Part shown: piece by piece, positions 19,473-29,124 of the stretch | Layout: each line of letters begins with the position of its first letter | Numbering within the stretch: position 1 is the first letter of the stretch | Assembly: GCA_963726265.1 (NCBI GenBank) | Contig: CAVSBQ010000002.1 | Span: 320,001-384,000 of the forward strand | Reading direction: 5' to 3' | Length of the DNA stretch: 64,000 nucleotides | Source of the DNA: Candidatus Aenigmatarchaeota archaeon | GTDB taxonomy: Archaea; Aenigmatarchaeota; Aenigmatarchaeia; QMZP01; QMZT01 | Notes under the pieces: generated by a model | Seen by the model: the letters and a program-made list of their open reading frames with translations, nothing else | Database searches by the model: none | Told to the model about the DNA's origin: nothing | Program-made: the position numbers and the translations under genes

Positions 19473-21536
19473 TCAGATCGTCCCTTTCAGCGCCTTGGCC
19501 TTGTCGAGCTCGAGGCGGTTGCTGAGCGCGTTGACCAGGTACTTCTTGCGCTTGTTCGAGATGAGCCAGTAGGGATAATAAACCGGCTTGACTTCTAGGA
19601 CGCGAATGTCCCATATCTCCGCGACCTTTTTCACGAAGTCCGTCGAGATGGTGAAGTCGAGCGTCTCTCCTTCGCGGTCGCGCTCGATTATCTTGCGGCT
19701 GAGCTTCATGGCATTCGCGTCCGCAGGGATGCGCAGGTCGTGCGCGATGCTGTATTCGTTTCCCTCGCTCGCGACCAGCTTCTTCTCCGCAAGGTGTTTC
19801 AGCCCTGCCTGCGCCTCGCTCAGCAGCATGCCCACGGCATTGGCTATCTTTTCTATTGACACGTTCCTGTTTTTCGCGATGTAAAGAAAGATGCTCCTCT
19901 GCGGCTGGGAAAGCTCGAGCAGCGGATGGATGCTCCTGCTGAACTCGACGGCATCGCCGCTCTCGAAAGCGACCTCGCCTGTTATGCCGTCAACGCAGAA
20001 CTCGACGTCCTGGCCGCGGTGAACGCCATCGACCTTCCAGAGCGGGTAGTTCAGGAAGCGGATGTCGTCCACGCTCTTGAAGACGCGCATGACGTCCTCC
20101 TCGAAAAACCTCGGCGCGTAGAGCGGGAGCTTGCTCTCGTATGCGACCGCTACGCCTTCCGTCTCATCAGTCTCGGGCAGCTTCACGACCGCCTCGCCGC
20201 CGTGCTGGCTGCGGCGAATGCGGATGTCCACTATGAGCGGCTGCTCCGTCACGCCGACGACCATGCATATGCCAATCGGGAGGTCTTTTATCTCTTCTCT
20301 CGTCCCCAGCTCTATCCCCTCGACGGAATCCATTATCGCGCGGATGTCGTTGGGATTCGTGACCTTCAGGATAATCTGGGTGGAACATTGAGACAGCACG
20401 TTCTTGTCGACCTTTGCAGGCCTCTGAGAAATTATGCAGAGCCCCACGCCGAACTTCCTGCCTTCGGAAGCGATGACGCGCAGGACCTTGGAGCTGGCGA
20501 CTTCCCCGAGGCCGCGTTCAGGGCAGAAGTTGTGCGCCTCCTCGAGCACGAAAAAGAACTCGGGTATCTTGCCGTATTTCCTCGCGTTGAAAAGCTCCTT
20601 CGCTAGCTTGAAGACGATAATCTGCTGGACATCGGGGCTCGCCTCCTTGAGGTCGATTATCGTGACCTTCCCCTCCTTCACGAGCTCGTCCGGCCTGGTC
20701 GGCTTCGCGGAAAACAGCTTCGTGCCTTCCAGGAATTCGAGCAGCGAGACCAGGTTGCGCTTCGCGCTGCTGTCCATCGAGTTTATCTCCTCTATTATGT
20801 TTTTCAGCGTGTAGTCCCTGCCCATGAGGTTCTTTATGGCGGAGTATAGCAGGCCCTCCTGGCCCGGCGAGATTTTCGTCGGCAGCATCTCGAATATGTC
20901 TTCCGCTGACAGCTTCGCATCGAGCTTTACCGGATTCTGCGCGCCGGCGTCGAAGACCTGGATTTTGTCCTTGTAGGATTTCGGCTTTATCTCGAACCTC
21001 TTCATCTGGCTGACTTCGCTCTCCTTCCTGTTCTCCTCGACAAGCGTGCGGTATTCGCCGTGCGGGTCTATGACGACGACAGCCGCCCCCTTCTCCGCGA
21101 GCTCCTCGAGCAGGACGCCGGCTGCATACGATTTTCCCGTGCCAGTCTTCGCCAGGATAGCGACGTGCTTGGTCAGCAGGTGCCTGAGCGGCAGGTTGAC
21201 GGGGATGTTGTAGCCTTCCAGAATTCCCACGTAAAGGCCGTCGTCCTTGAGGCCGAGCGTCATCTTTATCAGCTCGTCGTCCGCGATGTAAACGGGCGTG
21301 CCCGGCTCGAAGGGCGCGGACAGCGGCTTGAGGAAATTCCTCGAGTCCCTCGCCCCTATCACCTTCGCCTTCGCCACCGTGCTGTTCATGTAATTGGTTA
21401 TCGAGTCGACGTAGCTCAGAATCCACTTGCCCTCGAAATCCTTGACCGCGACGTACTGCAGCTTCTTGACCTTCGCCTCGGCCTTGAAGCTGAAGTCTTT
21501 TGTCGTCACGCTGCCCGATATTCTCCCCAGCATCAT
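19473..21536 (-). CDS. HerA/FtsK-family ATPase (HAS-barrel + DUF87) with extended C-terminus
   Basis: N-terminal barrel (PFEPGTPV), AKTGTGKS, DPHGEY, EEAHNF, EGRKFG, SQRPA; extra ~240 aa C-terminal region. Confidence 0.88.
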   Translation of the reverse strand: MMLGRISGSVTTKDFSFKAEAKVKKLQYVAVKDFEGKWILSYVDSITNYMNSTVAKAKVIGARDSRNFLKPLSAPFEPGTPVYIADDELIKMTLGLKDDGLYVGILEGYNIPVNLPLRHLLTKHVAILAKTGTGKSYAAGVLLEELAEKGAAVVVIDPHGEYRTLVEENRKESEVSQMKRFEIKPKSYKDKIQVFDAGAQNPVKLDAKLSAEDIFEMLPTKISPGQEGLLYSAIKNLMGRDYTLKNIIEEINSMDSSAKRNLVSLLEFLEGTKLFSAKPTRPDELVKEGKVTIIDLKEASPDVQQIIVFKLAKELFNARKYGKIPEFFFVLEEAHNFCPERGLGEVASSKVLRVIASEGRKFGVGLCIISQRPAKVDKNVLSQCSTQIILKVTNPNDIRAIMDSVEGIELGTREEIKDLPIGICMVVGVTEQPLIVDIRIRRSQHGGEAVVKLPETDETEGVAVAYESKLPLYAPRFFEEDVMRVFKSVDDIRFLNYPLWKVDGVHRGQDVEFCVDGITGEVAFESGDAVEFSRSIHPLLELSQPQRSIFLYIAKNRNVSIEKIANAVGMLLSEAQAGLKHLAEKKLVASEGNEYSIAHDLRIPADANAMKLSRKIIERDREGETLDFTISTDFVKKVAEIWDIRVLEVKPVYYPYWLISNKRKKYLVNALSNRLELDKAKALKGTI

Positions 21537-21557
21537 GAAAATTAATTGGCTCGGGGC

Positions 21558-22509
21558 TTAATAAAAAGTGAAGAGTTTCTTCACCAAGTCCAGCCGAAGC
21601 ATTCCTGCGGCTTCTTGCTTTGCGTTTGCGGATGCGCTTCTTCCTGTGCTCGGCGCCTGCGATGACGTTCGCGGCGATTATCAGCGCCGCTCCGAGCAGG
21701 ACGTGCTGGGGCAGCGCCTCTGCAAGCAGAAAATAAGCGATGACTATTGCTGACAGCGGCTCGGTCAGGGAGGCGATTATGACAGCGTCGTGCGCCCTGA
21801 TGGTCTTCAGGCCTTCAGCGTAGAAGATGTAGCCGAAGAAGCTGGAAAGCGCTATGCCCGCGATGAAGAGCGGGACGAGACCCACGGGGTTGAAAGTCAG
21901 CGGCTCGAAGGGCAGCATGAAATAGAGTATCACGCCTCCGATCAGAAGGGGCCAGAAGCTGACCTTCCAGTAGGGCATGCCCTTGTTTTCGAAATGCCGC
22001 ATGAAGACGATGAAGACCGAATAGCCGATGCCTGCAGTCAGCGCGAGCAGGTTGCCAAACGCGTTGGATGCGAGATTTATTTCGGAGCCGTATATCGACC
22101 ATACACCTGCCGCTATCAGGAAAACTGCTGCGATTTCCCATTTCGTTATCTTCTCGCGCAGGAACACGAAGGAGAGCAGCGCGGTCACGACGGGGTAAAC
22201 GTAGACGAGCGCGACCGCGTTCGCGACGGGTATGTAGGAGAAGGATTTTATGTAGAAGCCGAAGCCGATTGTCACGCCGAAAAGGCCCGCGGCCAGGAAG
22301 AGCAGCAGGTCCTTCTTCCTTATGCCGAGGTTCTCCATCGTCTTTATGTTCTTCGAGCAGATGACCAGCAGCACTATCATGAGCGCGGACAGCAGCGTCC
22401 TGAAAATAGTCAGCAGGAACGGCGAGACATTCGCTCCCGCGAGCTTCGCCCATATGCCCGTCGTGCCAAGGATTATGCCCGTGAGGATAAGGTAAAACGT
22501 GCCCCTCAT
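21558..22509 (-). CDS. DMT/EamA family transporter (probable +1 error near 21620; corrected stop at 21558)
   Basis: About 10 TM helices with duplicated EamA pattern (YPVVTALLSFVFLREK; EPLSAIVIAYFLLAE); as given it reads through into the HerA gene. Confidence 0.8.
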
Positions 22510-22569
22510 GCCAAAACCACCATGCCTATATTTTAATTCTGTTGCGCGATAATTAATGCTATGAATGCT

Positions 22570-23121
22570 ATGGCGGAAACATACTTCGTCACCACGAACT
22601 GCAACAAGTTCAGCGAAGCGGAGAAAATCCTCGGCCGCGGCTTCGGCCTGAGGCAGATGAAGCTCGAAATTCCCGAGGTTCAGGCGCTTGACGCGAAGAA
22701 AGTCGCGGAAGAGAAGGCGAAAGCCGCGTATGCGAAAGTGAAGAGGCCGGTCATCGTCGAGGACACGGCGCTTTACCTGAAGGCGTGGAACGGCTTCCCC
22801 GGCGCGCTGATATCATGGGCCGTAAAAACCATGGGCATCGAAGGGATTTGCAGATTCATCGGCAAGGACAGGTCGGCGAAGGCGGAGGCGTATGTGGCAT
22901 ATTACGACGGCAAAAATATGAGAACATTTTCAGGCAGCATAAAGGGCAGCATCGCCCGCGAGCCGCGGGGAGCGGACAGGTTCGACTGGGACAGGATATT
23001 CATTCCCGAAGGCCGCAGCAAGACGTTCGCCGAGATGACGCTTGCCGAGAAGAACCGCATCTCCCACAGGATGAAGGCGTTCAGCCAGCTTAAAAAACAC
23101 CTTCGTGCGGGGAAGGCCTGA
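22570..23121 (+). CDS. rdgB: non-canonical purine NTP pyrophosphatase (Ham1/RdgB)
   Basis: VTTN..K, EDTAL, GFPG, FDWDRIF, KNRISHR. Confidence 0.92.
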   Translation: MAETYFVTTNCNKFSEAEKILGRGFGLRQMKLEIPEVQALDAKKVAEEKAKAAYAKVKRPVIVEDTALYLKAWNGFPGALISWAVKTMGIEGICRFIGKDRSAKAEAYVAYYDGKNMRTFSGSIKGSIAREPRGADRFDWDRIFIPEGRSKTFAEMTLAEKNRISHRMKAFSQLKKHLRAGKA

Positions 23122-23157
23122 AAGCCTTTTAAAATTTTCGGCCATTATATACATTCT

Positions 23158-24318
23158 ATGAAATCGGGAAAAACGCGCGGCAGGCCTGTAACCTTCTTTT
23201 ATCTCCTGCTGGCATGCGTGATGGGCGGCATAATAGGCTCAGGCATAACCATTTTTATAGTCGCGCCCGGCCTGTTCTCTGGGGCAGCCGTGAACGGGAC
23301 GACGCTTGAAAAAATTTACATGAACGGCAGCGTCCAGCTGGAGGACAGGATAGTGGACCTGCTGAAGGACAACAAGGAATCCGTCGTTTACGTTGACACG
23401 CTGAAGCAGGTGCAGACCGCTTTCGGCGTCACGCAGTCTGAGGCATCGGGCTCTGGCTTCGTCGTCTCTGAAGATGGCTACATCGTCACGAATGATCATG
23501 TTGTGGCGGATGCGACGAAGATAACGGTCGTGTTCTCGAGCGGCGATGAGTTCGAGGCGACGCTGAGAGGCGCCGACCCGCTCAACGACGTGGCCGTCAT
23601 AAAGATAACGCCTAAGTTCGGGCAGAAGCTCAACCCCGTCGAGATAGGCGATTCGGACGGCGTGAGCGAGGGCGAATTCGTGGTCGCGATAGGCAGTCCG
23701 TTCCGCCTCCAGAACACGATAACGCTTGGCATTGTTTCCGCGCTGAACAGGACGCTCGAATCCGAAGGGGGGTTCGTCATAGAGAAGGTCATACAGACCG
23801 ACGCAGCCGTCAACCCCGGCAACTCGGGCGGCCCGCTGATAAACCTCGACGGCAAGGTCATAGGCATAAACACGGCGATAATTTCGCAGTCCGGCGGCTC
23901 TGAAGGGATTGGCTTCGCCATCCCGATAAACACGGTCAAGAAAGTATACACCGAAATAATAGAGAGCGGCAAGGTCAGGAGACCGTGGCTCGGCATAACC
24001 AGTTCCGATGTGACGAGCGAAATGGTGAAGGCCTGGGACCTCGGGGTCGATTATGGCGTCATAATCGTCGATTTTGCCGATTTCAGCCCTGCAAAGGAGG
24101 CCGGTCTCCGTGAAACCGTATCAAGGCCGGGCAAGCAGGATTTCGTCCTCGGCGACATAATCGTCTCGATAGGCGGGCATAAGATAGAGGACAACTCCGG
24201 CCTGTTCAACGTCCTGCTGAAATACAGTCCCGGCGACACGGTCGAAGTCGAAATCTACAGGGACGGCGGCTTCATGAAGCTCAGCGTGACGCTAGGCGAA
24301 AGACCGCCGGGGATTTAA
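23158..24318 (+). CDS. htrA: HtrA/DegP serine protease with one PDZ domain
   Basis: N-terminal TM, TNDHV, D, GNSGG triad, C-terminal PDZ. Confidence 0.92.
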   Translation: MKSGKTRGRPVTFFYLLLACVMGGIIGSGITIFIVAPGLFSGAAVNGTTLEKIYMNGSVQLEDRIVDLLKDNKESVVYVDTLKQVQTAFGVTQSEASGSGFVVSEDGYIVTNDHVVADATKITVVFSSGDEFEATLRGADPLNDVAVIKITPKFGQKLNPVEIGDSDGVSEGEFVVAIGSPFRLQNTITLGIVSALNRTLESEGGFVIEKVIQTDAAVNPGNSGGPLINLDGKVIGINTAIISQSGGSEGIGFAIPINTVKKVYTEIIESGKVRRPWLGITSSDVTSEMVKAWDLGVDYGVIIVDFADFSPAKEAGLRETVSRPGKQDFVLGDIIVSIGGHKIEDNSGLFNVLLKYSPGDTVEVEIYRDGGFMKLSVTLGERPPGI

Positions 24319-24331
24319 GCGCCAAGCGCAA

Positions 24332-24754
24332 TCATATGTCCAGAAACATCAGACCGGTTTCTTCATCCTTTTTTCTTTTCAGTTCTGCTTTCAGCGGTCT
24401 GAAGACGATCTCGCACATAGGGAAGACTTTTGCTTCATTCAAATGCCCTCCAAAAACGCGGAACTCAGAATCCGAAATGACCATGTGCGCGTGTATCCGT
24501 ATCTTCCCCTCGGCGAGCGACACGTTCCCCGAGAGGCTGACGACTTCGTAAGGCGGCCTGTCAAAAACTCGCGAATGATATCTTTTGTCCTTGATGGCGT
24601 AATACGCGAGTTCCGCTCTAGCCACGCCGCCGATGCCGGAAAGCGAGCCGGCTTTTATTTTTTCCTTCTCGCAGAAGCGAACCAGCGAATCTATTATTTT
24701 GTCGCCTTTCTCCAGAAGTATGACATACGCATTCCCTGATTTTTTGTATTGCAT
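24332..24754 (-). CDS. PPC domain (DUF296) protein
   Basis: GIG, EVVSLSGNV, HAHM, GGHL, CEI. Confidence 0.9.
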   Translation of the reverse strand: MQYKKSGNAYVILLEKGDKIIDSLVRFCEKEKIKAGSLSGIGGVARAELAYYAIKDKRYHSRVFDRPPYEVVSLSGNVSLAEGKIRIHAHMVISDSEFRVFGGHLNEAKVFPMCEIVFRPLKAELKRKKDEETGLMFLDI

Positions 24755-24762
24755 GTTTCGGC

Positions 24763-25677
24763 CTATTTCTTTTTTGATGTAATGTATCTTTTTATCGCTT
24801 CTTTCTTAATGAACCAGTTTCTGCCAAGTTTTACCGCTTCGATCTTGCCTTTCCTTGCAAGCAAACTCAGATATTCCTGTGAGTAAGGAGAACCTTTCGA
24901 TGCTTCAGACAGACTAATGTATTCCGCACCTTTCTTGAAGGTGTCAAGATAGAGATCAAAACTTCTTTCCGCATTTCTGCCTATGAAGTTGGTGAACGGT
25001 TTTAGGTTCCCTTTGTCGGCTTCTTTGAGACAGTCGTAATATTTTTTCCTGTCGACCTTGAGGACCATCGTAACAGGATACCCATGTCGCATGAGGAACA
25101 TATTCATGAGAAGTCTCGCGCACCTGCCGTTCCCGTCCGTGAAGGGATGTATTTCGACGAGCCCGTAATGGATAGTCGCAGACAACTCTATCACGTTAAG
25201 CTTATCCGGGTTTCTGGCAATACATTTGACAAATTCTTTCATCTTCTCGGGAACTTTTTCAAATCTCGGCGGACTCTTTATTGCTCCGAGAATCCTGACA
25301 TTCACGTCCCTGTATCTTCCGGCATATTCGTCATCTATTCCTGTTGTTATTATTTTATGGATATTCTTTATGACATGCTCTGTTATGGGGGGTTTGGTTT
25401 TCACCAAATCCTCTAGAAAATCAAACGCCTTCTGGTGGTTTATGGCCTCGAAATGCTCCCTCAAGGGCTTGCCGCTTATCGTTATGCCTTCCTCTATCAC
25501 GAGCCTGGTTTCCCTGAGCGTGAGCGTGTTGCCCTCGATGGCGTTCGAATTGTAAGCCAGTTCTATAGCGAACTGCTTTCTTAGCCGCTCGAGGACGCTT
25601 TTAGGCAGCGGCCTCAAGGCGTCAAGCTCTTTCTTCTTCCTTGATATTCTCTCGTATATGTCCTTGTCCATTATCAT
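24763..25677 (-). CDS. Fic family protein (class II) with C-terminal HTH
   Basis: SNAIEGN inhibitory motif, HPFTDGNGRCAR Fic motif, YSQEYLSLLARKGKIEAVKLGRNW HTH. Confidence 0.92.
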   Translation of the reverse strand: MIMDKDIYERISRKKKELDALRPLPKSVLERLRKQFAIELAYNSNAIEGNTLTLRETRLVIEEGITISGKPLREHFEAINHQKAFDFLEDLVKTKPPITEHVIKNIHKIITTGIDDEYAGRYRDVNVRILGAIKSPPRFEKVPEKMKEFVKCIARNPDKLNVIELSATIHYGLVEIHPFTDGNGRCARLLMNMFLMRHGYPVTMVLKVDRKKYYDCLKEADKGNLKPFTNFIGRNAERSFDLYLDTFKKGAEYISLSEASKGSPYSQEYLSLLARKGKIEAVKLGRNWFIKKEAIKRYITSKKK

Positions 25678-25695
25678 GACATCACTGATAGATAT

Positions 25696-25732
25696 TGTAT
25701 CGGATAGCTTAAAAATCTATCTATCCGATACA
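25696..25732. promoter_or_regulatory. perfect 12-bp inverted repeat flanking the fic TATA box
   Basis: TGTATCGGATAG-N13-CTATCCGATACA; spacer reads ATTTTTAAG on the minus strand. Confidence 0.6.
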
Positions 25733-25776
25733 TAAGGAGGAAACGTAAAATTTTGATAATTTTTGACTTTATTTTA

Positions 25777-25919
25777 TGAGCCCGAGGGGATTCGAACCCC
25801 CAACCTCTCGGTTTCTTCTGCAAGCAGCCGAAGCCGAGCGCTCTTTCCGCAGTCCCGTTTTTCCGCAAGCGCTTTTGCGCATCAGCGGAAAAGGGCTTAT
25901 CCGGTTGAGCTACGGACCC
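25777..25919 (-). tRNA. tRNA-Arg(TCG) with two introns (D-loop 54 nt at 25845-25898; canonical 37/38 15 nt at 25813-25827)
   Basis: Removing both inserts gives a 74-nt cloverleaf: GGGTCCG acceptor, CTCGG/CCGAG anticodon stem, loop CT-TCG-GA, GGTTCGAATCC T arm; no encoded CCA. Confidence 0.88.
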
Positions 25920-26061
25920 GTTCCTTGGAAAGACGCAGTCGCGGACTGCGTCAACATGTTAGCATGCTAGTATAATCTACTGTGTTGAAGTTTGGAATAA
26001 AAAGTTAAAGCCAGGCGGTTGTGTGAAGCCAATGCAGTTCCCGCTTATTCACGGAAACTGC

Positions 26062-26601
26062 TCACCGGCAGACCAAGTCCCTTTTGACCTCTTGGACCTT
26101 GCTGTTGCCTGACAGCATCTTGACTATTTCCAGCGCGAACTCCATTGCCGTGCCCGGCCCCTGCGAGGTTATGATGTGGCCGTCCGTAACGACGTTCGCG
26201 TTCCTCGGGCGCGGGATTTCCCTCTCCATGCCGGGATAAATGGTCGCTCTCCTGTCGTCAAGGACGCCATGCTTCGCGAGTATCGAAGGCGCCCCGCATA
26301 TCGCTGCTATGGGCTTCTTCTGGTTGTCGAAGTCGTTTATTATCTCGGCGACCTTCTTCGACTTGCCCAGGTTTATGTAGCCTGGGTTGCCTCCCGGAAG
26401 CACGAGACAGTCGAACTCCTTGTGGTCGACCTCGTCTATCCTCGTGTCCGTCATTATCTTTACCCCGGACCTTCCCTTTATCATGGTCCCGGGTAGGCCT
26501 GCTACGACGACGTCAAGCCCCGCCCTTCTCAGCACATCGATGACCGTCATCGCTTCTATCTCGTCGAAGCCCTCTGCCAAAGGAACAAGAACCCTTTTCA
26601 T
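26062..26601 (-). CDS. DJ-1/YajL/ThiJ family protein
   Basis: GFDEIE, LPGG, AICGAP nucleophile elbow, TSQGPGTAMEFAL. Confidence 0.92.
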   Translation of the reverse strand: MKRVLVPLAEGFDEIEAMTVIDVLRRAGLDVVVAGLPGTMIKGRSGVKIMTDTRIDEVDHKEFDCLVLPGGNPGYINLGKSKKVAEIINDFDNQKKPIAAICGAPSILAKHGVLDDRRATIYPGMEREIPRPRNANVVTDGHIITSQGPGTAMEFALEIVKMLSGNSKVQEVKRDLVCR

Positions 26602-26769
26602 GAACAACACCCCTCTTTACCGCATTTGCCGAAATGCCTGATTATATAATTAAAATGCGCCCAAGATTTATAAACAAGCTATTTATATATAAAAGTTAAA
26701 ATAATTGAATAATCCAAAAGGTCCAAAAAGGGTTTTTGGGTTTATCATATTTAATATAGGAGGTTTCGA

Positions 26770-27468
26770 ATGCAACCTACACCGCCTAATTACATGGCGT
26801 ATGACAGGACGATAGTCGTCTTTTCGCCGGACGGTCGCTTGCTCCAGGTGGAATATGCAAGGCAGGCCGTGAAGAGAGGAAGCACGGCAGCAGGCCTGGT
26901 CGTGAGCAGCGGCGTCATAATCGGGGCAACCAAATCATCGGCCCCGCTGAGCGTCAGCGACAGCTTCAAGAAGATATTTGTGATAGATGACCACATAGGC
27001 ATAGTGGGCTCGGGCATCCTTGCGGATGCGAGATACCTTGTCGACATTGCCAGGGTTAAGGCACAGATACACAAGATAACGTATGGCGAGCCCGTATCGG
27101 TTCACACGACTGCAAAGCATCTGGCGAACCACAAGCACATGGCAACACAATACGCTGGCCTAAGACCTTTTGGCATAGGGCTGCTTGTCGGAGGCGTTGA
27201 CAGCGACGGCCCGAACCTTTACGAGACTGACCCGTCGGGAACGATGCTCCAGTGGAACGCGCAGGCAATAGGCAGGGGCGCCGAAAAGGCAAAGAAGGTT
27301 CTGAGTTCTGACTTCAAGCCGAACATGGCAGTCAAGGACGGGCTCAAGCTCCTTATCAAGGCGCTCAAGGCAGGGGAAAAAGGCGTCACGAAGGACAACA
27401 TAGAGCTCTCGGTGATAACCGAGAAAGGCGTCAAGAAAGTCTCTGCGGCCGAAGTCGACAAACTCTGA
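26770..27468 (+). CDS. psmA: proteasome subunit alpha
   Basis: YDR..VFSPDGRLLQVEYA, RPFG, TDPSG. Confidence 0.95.
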   Translation: MQPTPPNYMAYDRTIVVFSPDGRLLQVEYARQAVKRGSTAAGLVVSSGVIIGATKSSAPLSVSDSFKKIFVIDDHIGIVGSGILADARYLVDIARVKAQIHKITYGEPVSVHTTAKHLANHKHMATQYAGLRPFGIGLLVGGVDSDGPNLYETDPSGTMLQWNAQAIGRGAEKAKKVLSSDFKPNMAVKDGLKLLIKALKAGEKGVTKDNIELSVITEKGVKKVSAAEVDKL

Positions 27469-27536
27469 GCTAGGGCGGTAAATTTTCGCACAGGAAAAGC
27501 GGATTTCTGGTAGTTTGCACTCGCAAAGGTGTTTCT

Positions 27537-28242
27537 ATGGTTTCTGTTGAAGATGCAGTCATAGCGCGCATAACCAGAGCGGGCATGACCTTCGAGATAC
27601 TGGTCGACCCCGACAAGGCGCTCGATTTCAGGAGGGGGAAGGAGATTGATATAGACACCATACTTGCGGTGTCCGAGATATTCAAGGACTCGCGCAAAGG
27701 CGACCGGCATTCATCCGAAGAGCTCTACAAGGCTTTCGGAACTACGAACCTCTGGGAAGTCGCGAGGAAGATACTGAAGGATGGCGACGTGCAGCTCACG
27801 ACGGAGCAGAGGCACAGGATGATCGAGGACAAGAAAAAGGAGATAGCGACTACCATCGCCCGCCAGGGCATGGACCCGAGGACGAAGATGCCCCACCCGG
27901 TGTCGAGGATACTCAACGCGATGGCGGAGGCGCAGGGTGGCGATCGACCCGTTCAAGCCCGCGAAGGAGCAGCTGAAACTGGTGCTGGACAAGATACAGG
28001 AAATCCTGCCCATATCGCTGGAGAGGATCGAGGTCGCGATACGCGTGCCCATCGAGTTCGCAGGGAAAGCGAACGCCATCGTCCGCGAGATAACCGAGGT
28101 GAAGAAGGAGGAATGGACTTCGACGGCGTGGATAGCCATCATAGAAATACCCGCGGGCATACAGGCCGACATCTACGAGAAGCTGAACAAGCTCACCGCG
28201 GGCAAGGTTGATGTTAAAATCGTTAAGGAGCATAAGATATAG
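27537..28242 (+). CDS. ribosome maturation factor SBDS (one +1 frameshift near 27936)
   Basis: FEILVDP, QLTTEQR, PHP..RI..AM then IDPFKPAKEQ in the shifted frame; CAGGGTG vs expected CAGGTG. Confidence 0.9.
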
Positions 28243-28259
28243 ATTTACGGTGATAAAAT

Positions 28260-29118
28260 ATGGAAAAGCCAAAAGAAGACAAGTTGGAAAGGGAAATGGA
28301 AAGGACTAGAGAAACAAGAGGTTGGAGTAAAGGAAATCAAAAGGGAGGAAATTGAGACCAGGCAGCTGACAAAGGACGAAACCATGGCCGAAAAGGCAAT
28401 GCCTGAAAGAAAAGAACATGTGGAAGAACACGGTGAAGAACACATGCACGAGCTGCAGAACGAGAAGAAAGTCGTCCTGCCCGGAGACAGGATCGTCGAA
28501 TCGATGGATTATCTTCCGGGAAGGAACTGCTACCGCGACGGCGACTCGATATACTCGAAAAGGCTCGGAGTCGTGTATTACAGGGGACGCGTGATTGACG
28601 TCGTTGCCCTGTCGGGCAAATACATGCCTGAGCCGGAGGACATGGTGATAGGCACCGTGAAGGAAGTCCAGTATTCCGGCTGGATAATTGACATCAATTC
28701 GCCCTACAAGGCCTTCCTGCCGCTGGCGGGAGTCAGAGGATTCCTTGACCCGGCGAGGACTGACCTTACCAAGATATACGGCATAGGCGACGTCATATAC
28801 GCGATGGTGCTTGACGTCACGCCCATGAAGGATGTCAAGATCTCGATGAAAGACCCGAGCACCAGGAAGTTTGAAAACGGCAGGATAGTGAGCATCTCGC
28901 CCGTCAAGGTTCCCAGGGTAATCGGCAAGCAGGGCTCTATGATAAACATGATAAAGGACAAGACCGGCTGCAGGATTTCCGTGGGCCAGAACGGGGTCAT
29001 ATGGATACAGGGCGAGAGGGAGAACCTTGCCGCGAGGGCCGTGATGGAAATAGAGAGGAACTCGCAGATGTCCGGCCTGACCGACCACATCGGCAAGCTC
29101 CTGGCAGAGGGCAAATAG
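28260..29118 (+). CDS. rrp4: exosome RNA-binding cap subunit Rrp4 with charged N-terminal extension (probable +1 near 28302; in-frame ATG at 28384)
   Basis: VLPGD, YMPEPEDMVIG S1 domain, KVPRVIGKQGSM KH domain, GQNG. Confidence 0.88.
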
Positions 29119-29124
29119 GAGGAG

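Noticed and set aside
20518..22509. 663-aa EamA fusion ORF
   Set aside because: The C-terminal half is an out-of-frame read-through over the HerA gene; deleting one base gives a stop at 21558
24332..25777. Integrated mobile element at tRNA-Arg
   Set aside because: No integrase and no duplicated tRNA 3' end found by eye
27900..27960. Programmed frameshift in SBDS
   Set aside because: No slippery heptamer or stimulatory structure seen; same +1 pattern as other probable errors
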